Of a DNA stretch of 64,000 nucleotides, positions 56,773 through 64,000 are shown in pieces. Each line of letters opens with the position of its first letter. Within the stretch, counting starts at the first letter, position 1. Source of the stretch: Candidatus Spechtbacteria bacterium RIFCSPLOWO2_12_FULL_38_22 (lineage in GTDB: Bacteria; Patescibacteriota; Minisyncoccia; Spechtbacterales; 2-12-FULL-38-22); the NCBI GenBank assembly GCA_001820055.1, contig MHOK01000005.1, forward strand, positions 7,371-71,370. The letters are read 5' to 3'. The notes beneath the pieces were generated by a model that worked only from the letters and a program-made list of their open reading frames with translations, was not told the origin of the DNA and did no database searches. A program made the translations under genes and the position numbers.

Positions 56773-59060
56773 ATGTCGGATTGAGCAGGAACATTTCCAA
56801 CCCAATTTTGTATGGCTGCTTCCCAGTTTTTATACTGGGGATCATCTTGCGAGGTGTCAGAAGACAGAGGATTTTTCTTTGATATGTAGTGAAGTATGGT
56901 GTGGGGTATTGTAATAATTCCGTCTAACATATTTTTTCCCATTGTTTCAATTTTAGGGTCTATAAATTTTTTTTCATTTTCTATAGAAGTTAGTTTGAAG
57001 TAAAACTCTTTTTCTTTTAAGTCTGCTTCCTCTGCGATTTTTTTTGCGTATGCTTCTTTAAAAAACCGATTCCAAATAGGAACAGCGGCGGATACACCGG
57101 GTGCATTGATCATTGCTTCGTTATTATTGTTTCCTACCCAAATGCCCGCGGCTAAACTTGGTGTATATCCGACCACCCAAGCGTCTCTAAATTCTTGTGT
57201 AGTCCCTGTTTTTGCAGCTATATCTAGCCCGTCTATTGTTAGGTTACTTACCCGCCCAAAGACCCTAGAGCGGAACTCGTCTGTGCTTAGAATATAATTT
57301 ATCTGATCTGCCACGTTTTCTTCTAAAACTTTTTCTGACTCTTGGCGCAGTTCCTCTAAAATATTTCCTTCCTTGTCTTCAATTTTTAGTATAAATTTGG
57401 TTTTATTTCTTGTTCCTCTGTTTGCGAAAGTGCTGAACGCCGAAGTCTGTTCTAGAAGCGTTACATCAGCGCCACCTAATACTAATGAGAGGCCGTACCC
57501 AGAGCGGTCTTTTAAAGATTCAACTCCTAATTTTTTTGCTAAATCTATTGTGTTTTCAATTCCCGCAAGATATAGAGTTTTAACCGAACTTATGTTGCGA
57601 GATTCTGCCAAAGACTCTTTCATAGATATAGCTCCAAACTGGAGCGAGTCATAGTTATTCGGATGGTAACAATCAAGTCCGTACTGGTCTTTGTCTTGCG
57701 TTGCGGACCAATGGCAATCTGGGTTGAATTCGGTTTTTATATCGTATAGTATTGTATCTGGTGTGAAGCCCTTCTGGAATGCGGCAGCGTACGCGAAGGG
57801 TTTGAAAGCAGATCCCGGTTGTTGTAGAGAGGTTGCTATGTTCACTTGAGGGTCAAATAGACAAGTTTTTCCAGGAACACATCCTTGAGGATAAGAATCG
57901 CCTAAGTAGTTTTTAGACCCGACCATAGCAAGAATTTGTCCGGTATTTGGGTCTATAGCAACTAGGGACGCATTGTGCGCATTAAAATTTGTTTGATTAA
58001 ACTCCGCTCGTTCTTCTACTGCTGTTTCTGCTATATTCTGAAGTGTTTTATCTAGTGTTGTTAAAACCCTAAGTCCTGCTTGTTGAACAAAACTAACCCC
58101 ATATTTTTCTTCTAGATACTGTTTTACCATTATTACAAAATGAGGAGATCGAATAGAACCAGGCCTTTGTTTGAGTGTTGTGTCTTGCGACCGGGCTTCG
58201 CTATGTTGTTTTTCGGTTATGTAACCAAAATGAAGCATTCTATCCAACACGTATTTCTGGCGAGCTTCTAGGGCGTCTGGATTGTTGGTGTAATATGTCG
58301 GGGCTTGGGGGAGTGCGGCAAGCAGTGCAGATTCTGCCAGAGTCAGATTTTTTGCGCGTTTGCTAAAATAAATTTGCGCCGCCGCTTCTGTTCCGTATGC
58401 GTTAGATCCGTATGGCACATAGTTTAGATATCCGGTTAGGATTTCTTCTTTCGTGTATAGTACCTCCATTTCTATAGCAAGTATGGCTTCTTTAATTTTT
58501 CTAACGAAAGTTCTTTCGGGGGTTAGGAGGAGGTTTTTAATGTATTGTTGTGTAATGGTTGAACCACCCTGTCGTATACTGCCTCCTTTTATATTTACCC
58601 AAACAGCCCGCAGTATCGCCTTGATATCTATGCCCCAATGATGATAAAAGTCATCATCCTCGGCAACTATAGTCGCCCAGCGCATGTAGTCCGGCATATC
58701 TTGCGCGCTGATGACAGTTCTATTATATTCGTCGTAAATATCATAGAGAATAGAAGTACCGGTTCGGTCCAATATTTTTGTGCTTTCTGGAACAAACAAG
58801 TCATTAATTGCATCGCGTCTAGGCAAATCTTTGGCAAAGTAAATAAAAAGAAACGCGACAAAAACAAAGCCGGAAAACGAGGCGTAGCCGACCACTTTTA
58901 AAGTCTGTTTTTTGTTTTGGGATATATAGGAAAAGAGTTTTTTTGCAGAGCGTTTAAGTTTTGTCAGTAAAAATAGGGCTACGTAACCCAATATCTTAAA
59001 CATTTTCCATATGTATATGAGGACTTTTTTTAGGTAGTATTTTGCAGTATGATTTATCAT
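56769..59060 (-). CDS. Class A penicillin-binding protein (transglycosylase + transpeptidase)
   Basis: GT51 motifs (RQGGSTITQQ). Transpeptidase SxxK (SAFKPF), SxN and KTG motifs. N-terminal TM. Confidence 0.85.
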   Translation of the reverse strand: MINHTAKYYLKKVLIYIWKMFKILGYVALFLLTKLKRSAKKLFSYISQNKKQTLKVVGYASFSGFVFVAFLFIYFAKDLPRRDAINDLFVPESTKILDRTGTSILYDIYDEYNRTVISAQDMPDYMRWATIVAEDDDFYHHWGIDIKAILRAVWVNIKGGSIRQGGSTITQQYIKNLLLTPERTFVRKIKEAILAIEMEVLYTKEEILTGYLNYVPYGSNAYGTEAAAQIYFSKRAKNLTLAESALLAALPQAPTYYTNNPDALEARQKYVLDRMLHFGYITEKQHSEARSQDTTLKQRPGSIRSPHFVIMVKQYLEEKYGVSFVQQAGLRVLTTLDKTLQNIAETAVEERAEFNQTNFNAHNASLVAIDPNTGQILAMVGSKNYLGDSYPQGCVPGKTCLFDPQVNIATSLQQPGSAFKPFAYAAAFQKGFTPDTILYDIKTEFNPDCHWSATQDKDQYGLDCYHPNNYDSLQFGAISMKESLAESRNISSVKTLYLAGIENTIDLAKKLGVESLKDRSGYGLSLVLGGADVTLLEQTSAFSTFANRGTRNKTKFILKIEDKEGNILEELRQESEKVLEENVADQINYILSTDEFRSRVFGRVSNLTIDGLDIAAKTGTTQEFRDAWVVGYTPSLAAGIWVGNNNNEAMINAPGVSAAVPIWNRFFKEAYAKKIAEEADLKEKEFYFKLTSIENEKKFIDPKIETMGKNMLDGIITIPHTILHYISKKNPLSSDTSQDDPQYKNWEAAIQNWVGNVPAQSDI

Positions 59061-59098
59061 AAACTATAGTATACTACTATTATATCAATGAATTTTCA

Positions 59099-60292
59099 AT
59101 GCGTATGGATATTAATTTTACACAAAGAGACATTTTAGAAAGGGGGGTGGAAGAAATTATAGAGATTACAAGCTTAAGAAAAAAGTTAAAATCTGGCAGG
59201 AAATTGCGGGTTAAATTAGGCATAGATCCAAATGCGCCGGACATACACTTGGGTCACACGGCGCCTCTTTGGAAGCTTCGACAGTTCCAAGAATTAGGAC
59301 ACAAAGCAGTGCTTATAATAGGAGATTATACAGCTTCTATAGGAGATCCTTCGGGGAAAGACGAAACACGTCCTAGTTTAACAGAGGCGCAGATTAAAGG
59401 AAACTACAAAACTTATGAAAAACAAGCGTTAAAAATTTTAGACAACAAAACTCTGGAGGTTAGGTATCAAACAGAATGGTATAAAAATTTTAATCTGAAA
59501 GATGTATTAAATTTGTTAAGGAAAGCTTCAGTTGGACGGCTTTTGCAACACGAAACATTTCGCGAACGACTTAAAAAAAAACAACAGTTCGCTGTGCATG
59601 AGATTATATACCCGTTTTTACAGGGATATGATTCTGTTGCCGTAAAAGCAGATGTTGAACTAGGTGCCACGGAACAAAAGTTTAATTTGTTGATGGGAAG
59701 GGAACTGCAAAAAGCATATGGACAGGAACAGCAGGATATTATTACGAATCCGTATTTGTTGGGTACGGACGGGAAAGAAAAAATGAGCAAATCGTTGGGT
59801 AATTATATAGCTATACAAGACAAGCCCACGGAAATGTTCGGCAAGGTTATGAGTATACGAGATAGTGAAATTGTGCAGTATTTTGAACTTGTCACACCCG
59901 TACCGTTTAAAAAAGTGCAAGAAATAAAAAAATTAAAAATAACCGGAAAAACCGCACGGGACTTAAAAGTACAACTTGCCGGAGTTATAACGGAGTTATA
60001 TTGGGGCAAGGAAGAGGCAGAGAAAGCGCAGGAAAGATTTGAAACACAATTCCAAAAAAGGGGAGTGTCAAAAGGACTAAGCGTGGTGCGTGTTTCTGGG
60101 TCTGATAGCACAATCATCACAATACTAGTTGATGCTGGATTTGTGTCTTCTAAAAACGAGGCTAGAAGGTTAGTAGAACAAGGGGCTGTATATTTTGATA
60201 ATGAGAGAATGGCAGAGTATAACGATCCTATTCCTAAACGCTCTTTTATACTTAAGGCAGGAAGAAAGATGGCAAAAATAGTGCCAAAATAA
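59099..60292 (+). CDS. tyrS: Tyrosine--tRNA ligase
   Basis: Class I HIGH variant (HLGHTAP) and KMSKS (KMSKSLGN). C-terminal S4-like domain. Confidence 0.9.
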   Translation: MRMDINFTQRDILERGVEEIIEITSLRKKLKSGRKLRVKLGIDPNAPDIHLGHTAPLWKLRQFQELGHKAVLIIGDYTASIGDPSGKDETRPSLTEAQIKGNYKTYEKQALKILDNKTLEVRYQTEWYKNFNLKDVLNLLRKASVGRLLQHETFRERLKKKQQFAVHEIIYPFLQGYDSVAVKADVELGATEQKFNLLMGRELQKAYGQEQQDIITNPYLLGTDGKEKMSKSLGNYIAIQDKPTEMFGKVMSIRDSEIVQYFELVTPVPFKKVQEIKKLKITGKTARDLKVQLAGVITELYWGKEEAEKAQERFETQFQKRGVSKGLSVVRVSGSDSTIITILVDAGFVSSKNEARRLVEQGAVYFDNERMAEYNDPIPKRSFILKAGRKMAKIVPK

Positions 60293-60314
60293 AAAAGAGG
60301 TGTACACCTCTTTT

Positions 60315-61751
60315 TTATTTTGGCTTAGTGTTAGAATAAGTTTTGGTAATTTCGGCACTTTTTTTTGTTAATCCCGCACTTCTAGTTTTTTTACTTTTTT
60401 GAATTTTGTATTCGTATACCAAGCCGTCTATATTGTTAATAAAGTAACCTTTTTTCTTACCCTTTTTAGTAAACCCAGCTTTTTTGAAGGACAGCTGTCT
60501 TTTTTTATTGTTAGCTGGAACGATAACATTGATTTTTTTGTTTTTCGCAGTTTTGGATATCTCTATTAATTGTCGTATCATCCTTCTTCCCATTCTTTGT
60601 CCGCGGAAGTCCTTGAGTATACCCATGCGTGTTATTCTGCGCATTTTGCCACTTAAATAGTGGGTCATAAAAGCTATGGGCTCTTGATTTTTGTAAATTA
60701 CAATAAGATCTCGTTGCAAAACTGTGTCTAGAAAATCTTTTTTTGTAAACGGCTTTTCAGTTTGTTCTGGATTGTCTTTTTCTATCTTGTATAAAGTATC
60801 AAATATTTTCTTTTTAGTTTTTGTGTCAAATTCTGTTTCTATGCTCCACAAATATTTTTCTTCTATGTAGGATATTAACTTTTCTGCCACGTTAATTTTG
60901 GTTGCGGATTCAAAGCCCTCAAATCCGGGGAAGATATTTACCTCTAAAATATAGTGTTTATTTTTATATTTAATGATATCTACTCCCGCAAACTCTGCGT
61001 TAAATATTTTTGCCGCTTTTAGCGCTAGGCGTTGCATTTCAGGCGTTACTTCGGCTTCTTCCGCCGCACCTCCTAAAGACACGTTGGCCCTGAATTCCCC
61101 TTCTTTGGCTGTTCTTTTCATAGCGCCTATTACTTTACCCCCTATCACTATGACCCTGTAGTCATGTTTGGTCGGTATGTATTTTTGTATCAACACCTTG
61201 CCCGGACCAGAGACCCCCACTAGGTTCTCTATTTGTTCCGTCTTTTCTATAAGAAACACTTGAGCACCCCTTGAACCTTCAACATTTTTTGCTATGTATG
61301 GTTTTTTAAATTTTTTATAAACAGTATCCGGTGTGTGCTTTCCTGTATATAGAAGGGACGTTACAATAGGAAGCCCATTTTTAGCTAGCAAGTAATGTTG
61401 TAGTAGTTTATCGTAGAAGGGTATTTTTATTATGGTTTTTTCGTTCAGTACGTGTTTATAGTGTTCGTTTATATATCGAACCAGAAGTAAATAGTGTCGA
61501 TATAAATGACTTACATATGTTGTTTCTTCTTTTCCTTTAAATAGTGGATTTCTTGGGATTATGTAATCGTAGTATTTTAGATCGGTTCCGTTTGGTCTTT
61601 TTATAACCACGCCTTTTTTAGAAAATTGGAAAACAAGTCCACCCCAAAACATGTAGTTTACCGTGTGACCTCTTTTTTTAAGTTCTTGTACCAACCTTCT
61701 TGATACGTACGGTAGTTTTTTAGCGCTAAATCCCAGTAGTAATATTCTCAT
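60315..61751 (-). CDS. RimK-type ATP-grasp ligase fused to C-terminal GNAT acetyltransferase
   Basis: ATP-grasp core closely matching RimK (IQKYIPTKHDYRVIVIGGKVIGAMKRTAKEGEFRANVSLGGAAE...GVDII...LEVNIFPGFEGFE). C-terminal ~130 aa with GNAT acetyl-CoA motif (RGQRMGRRMIRQLIE). Confidence 0.68.
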   Translation of the reverse strand: MRILLLGFSAKKLPYVSRRLVQELKKRGHTVNYMFWGGLVFQFSKKGVVIKRPNGTDLKYYDYIIPRNPLFKGKEETTYVSHLYRHYLLLVRYINEHYKHVLNEKTIIKIPFYDKLLQHYLLAKNGLPIVTSLLYTGKHTPDTVYKKFKKPYIAKNVEGSRGAQVFLIEKTEQIENLVGVSGPGKVLIQKYIPTKHDYRVIVIGGKVIGAMKRTAKEGEFRANVSLGGAAEEAEVTPEMQRLALKAAKIFNAEFAGVDIIKYKNKHYILEVNIFPGFEGFESATKINVAEKLISYIEEKYLWSIETEFDTKTKKKIFDTLYKIEKDNPEQTEKPFTKKDFLDTVLQRDLIVIYKNQEPIAFMTHYLSGKMRRITRMGILKDFRGQRMGRRMIRQLIEISKTAKNKKINVIVPANNKKRQLSFKKAGFTKKGKKKGYFINNIDGLVYEYKIQKSKKTRSAGLTKKSAEITKTYSNTKPK

Positions 61752-62349
61752 ATTTTTTAATTACCCTACTTAATGCTAAAATGAGGTTCGCAAAATGTTT
61801 TTCGTTTTGTCTAACTTCCTCATTAAGTTCTAGTTGGACTGCGGGTATGTCTAGATTTCTTCTAACGTGATAGGTCAGTGTTTTACTACCAGGTCCTTTG
61901 ACTGACCTGAAAAATCCTTTACTCACGTCCTCTTTTAAGAAAAAAGACTCAAAGCTTTTTAATAGTAGTTCTTCGAGGGCCTGGTCATGTTTATGTGTTT
62001 GAGGGAATATAAAATCATAGTCAATTAAAAAAGGTCTTGAATGTTTTGATCCATGAACATCGAGCACTAAAGATATATTATTCTCTTTTACTATTTCTCT
62101 AACAAATTTTTTGTATACCCTATAAACTTTTTTGTCCCAGTTTTCTAAAATACTTTCGCCGGTTTCTAATTGGGTGAATATGCCCCATACTCCGATTTCG
62201 TCGCATAATACCTCTACAATCTCTGACACCCTTTTTTCGAATTTTGTGTAAGGACCCTCCTTATCTTCTTTTAATAACGGAACAGCGTGAGGCGCGGAGA
62301 TTAGTACAGGAAACTTGCCTTCTATGATTTTTATATTTGGGTGTTCCAT
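61726..62349 (-). CDS. N-formylglutamate amidohydrolase-family (M14-like fold) hydrolase
   Basis: ISAPHAVP ... LDVHGS pattern typical of the FGase / succinylglutamate-desuccinylase-like superfamily. Overlaps the RimK-GNAT start by 26 nt (operon). Confidence 0.45.
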   Translation of the reverse strand: MEHPNIKIIEGKFPVLISAPHAVPLLKEDKEGPYTKFEKRVSEIVEVLCDEIGVWGIFTQLETGESILENWDKKVYRVYKKFVREIVKENNISLVLDVHGSKHSRPFLIDYDFIFPQTHKHDQALEELLLKSFESFFLKEDVSKGFFRSVKGPGSKTLTYHVRRNLDIPAVQLELNEEVRQNEKHFANLILALSRVIKKYENITTGI

Positions 62350-62350
62350 A

Positions 62351-62851
62351 TTATGTTCTTTCTAGGTAATTCAACGAACTGGCACAACACATAGCAACCG
62401 CCAACGCGTCAGCCGCATCATCTGGGTGTGGCACTTCGTTTAGTTTTAATAAATTTTTAACCATACTCTGTACTTGTTTTTTGTCTGCTTGGCCATATCC
62501 GGTTACAGCTTGTTTTACTTGTAGTGGGGTAAATGAATAACATTGTTTATGGTTATCTGCGGCAAGAAGCAACACGATACCCCTGGCTTGGCTGACAGTT
62601 ATGAGCGTTTTTTGATTTTTAAAATAAAAAATATCCTCGACAGCAATAACGTGAGGATTGTATTGTTTTACCATACTTTGCAGTGTTTTGTAAATATCCC
62701 CTAGTCGTAGATGTTCGGGAGTATTCATATCTGTTTCTATTATACCATGTGCTATATGGTTTATGTTAGAATCCTCGAGGCTTATAAGCCCGTATCCCAT
62801 ACGCGCGATTCCAGGGTCAATACCAAGTATAATTTTTTTCGCTTCGCTCAT
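62351..62851 (-). CDS. ruvC: Holliday junction resolvase RuvC
   Basis: ILGIDPGIARMGYGL. Catalytic acidic residues (D, E, D, D). 166 aa. Confidence 0.85.
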   Translation of the reverse strand: MSEAKKIILGIDPGIARMGYGLISLEDSNINHIAHGIIETDMNTPEHLRLGDIYKTLQSMVKQYNPHVIAVEDIFYFKNQKTLITVSQARGIVLLLAADNHKQCYSFTPLQVKQAVTGYGQADKKQVQSMVKNLLKLNEVPHPDDAADALAVAMCCASSLNYLERT

Positions 62852-62936
62852 AAGATTATAGGTATTAGGTGATAGGTATTAGGTCGCTACGCTCTTGGGT
62901 TTAAAACTTACCAGCCCAAAACCTATAACCGATAAC

Positions 62937-63659
62937 CTACTTTGTGTTTGAATAAATTGCTTGTACATCGTCGTTTTCATCAAGTGCCTCAAATAATGCC
63001 TCTAGTTTTTTTTGGTCTCCTTGTGAGATTTCTATTTCATCTTTTGCAACCCACTCTAGACCACTATCTACATTTTGAAAACCTTCCTTTTCAAGTATAG
63101 ATTGCATTGCTTGCAAGTTGTTTATATTTGTATAAATAATCACGCATCCCTCTTCTTCTTTCATGTCTTGCGCTCCTGCGTCTATCGCACGCAGTTCAAA
63201 TTCTTCTATATTTTTTACATTATCCTTGGGTATTTTTAGTACACCTACATATTGGAACATCCAGCGAACACCACCCTCTCCAACTGGTTTTCCGTTATTT
63301 TTGTTTAATATTTGTTTGACTTCAGACGCAGTTCGATTTCGGTTGTCAGTAATTGTTTGTATAAGTAATGCCGAATTCCCAGGCCCGTATGCTTCCATAA
63401 GCAGTTCTTCTAGTTGTGTGCCGCTTTTATCTTCTCCCGTACCCTTTTTTATGGCGGCTTCAATTTTATCTTTGGGCATGTTTAGCTCTTTTGCTTTTTC
63501 AACTTCCGTACGGAGCGTATAATTTGCTCCTAGGTCTCCGCCCCCATGCGTGGCGGCCACTGTTATTATCTTTGCAAGTTTACCAAAAACATCAGCACGT
63601 TTTTGGTCCATCGCAGTTTTTTTGTTTTTTATATTAGCCCATTTACTGTGACCAGACAT
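62937..63659 (-). CDS. yebC: YebC/PmpR-family transcriptional regulator
   Basis: MSGHSKWANIKNKK N-terminus is diagnostic. Confidence 0.9.
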   Translation of the reverse strand: MSGHSKWANIKNKKTAMDQKRADVFGKLAKIITVAATHGGGDLGANYTLRTEVEKAKELNMPKDKIEAAIKKGTGEDKSGTQLEELLMEAYGPGNSALLIQTITDNRNRTASEVKQILNKNNGKPVGEGGVRWMFQYVGVLKIPKDNVKNIEEFELRAIDAGAQDMKEEEGCVIIYTNINNLQAMQSILEKEGFQNVDSGLEWVAKDEIEISQGDQKKLEALFEALDENDDVQAIYSNTK

Positions 63660-63780
63660 AATTTTGTTCAGCTTCGCCTCACAAAATCGTAAAACTTGAA
63701 ACTTGAAACCTATAACCTTAAGTCCTAAATGTTTGATGAATGTTTCATGTTCTATGTTTCAAGTTTTAAGAAGTGGATCG

Positions 63781-64000
63781 TTAGCCAAGTAAAGTATTTT
63801 CTTGTTGTGGCAAGTGCAGACCCAAGTGTTTATATGCTGCAGGTGTTGCCACTCTTCCGCGCGGGGTTCTTTCTAAAAATCCGATTTGCATTAGGTATGG
63901 TTCGTAGACTTCTTCTATGGTCTCTATTTCTTCAAAAGTTCCCGCGGCAAGCGCCTGAACTCCAACTGGCCCCCCCGAAAATTTACTGATTATTATTTCC
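63781..64000 (-). CDS. ruvB: Holliday junction helicase RuvB, C-terminal fragment (runs off window)
   Basis: Manual minus-strand translation ...[40 protein letters not shown] matches the RuvB winged-helix C-terminus. Confidence 0.7.
   Translation of the reverse strand, partial: EIIISKFSGGPVGVQALAAGTFEEIETIEEVYEPYLMQIGFLERTPRGRVATPAAYKHLGLHLPQQENTLLG

Overview
Low-GC (~33%), gene-dense bacterial chromosome segment. Gene content and style suggest a Candidate Phyla Radiation/Patescibacteria-type organism: truncated trigger factor, many small membrane proteins, weak Shine-Dalgarno use. This lineage call is inference.

Housekeeping content:
- gpmI, with a tig-clpP pair.
- nusA.
- A lysA-efp-thiI-iscS block, then cca.
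- rpsO-pnp with an NYN-domain gene inserted between them.
- comM, pcrA and rsmA.
- The replication-origin neighbourhood: rpmH-rnpA-yidD-yidC-jag on the minus strand, then dnaA-dnaN, PBP1A and tyrS.
- A yebC-ruvC-ruvB(partial) group.

Accessory content:
1. A Gram-positive-type type IV secretion-like cluster at about 40.6-49.7 kb. It has a VirB6-like polytopic protein, a VirB3-like protein, a split VirB4 ATPase, and two paralogous exported proteins. Those two share a VirB2/TrbC-like two-helix module fused to Cys-rich ectodomains, one of which ends in an M15/LAS-type peptidoglycan peptidase domain. A third, stand-alone copy of the pilin-like module sits in a high-GC islet with a Nudix gene between tRNA-Arg(TCG) and tRNA-Lys(CTT).
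2. A Y1 HUH transposase of the REP-associated (RAYT) type, flanked by palindromic REPs (CCTGGGGGTTSAACCCCCAGG). One REP copy lies in-frame inside the transposase gene itself.
3. A minus-strand operon of exported proteins. It includes a 633-aa Cys-rich adhesin with a canonical thrombospondin type-1 repeat plus Fn3-like and PKD-like domains, and two LytM-like lipoproteins.
4. At least three further repeat families:
   - An inverted-repeat hairpin element of about 100 bp in four copies. Its inner palindrome module also occurs as a 42-bp in-frame insertion, with a 12-bp direct-repeat flank, inside rsmA.
   - A 35-bp module repeated upstream of nusA, pcrA and the T4SS-like genes.
   - Two copies of a 46-50-bp perfect hairpin.
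5. A four-helix-bundle gene cassette flanked by GTAAC-rich inverted repeats.
6. A structured ~500-nt non-coding region ending in an intrinsic terminator.
7. A RimK-ATP-grasp/GNAT fusion with an adjacent formylglutamate-amidohydrolase-like gene.

No CRISPR array and no rRNA are present.
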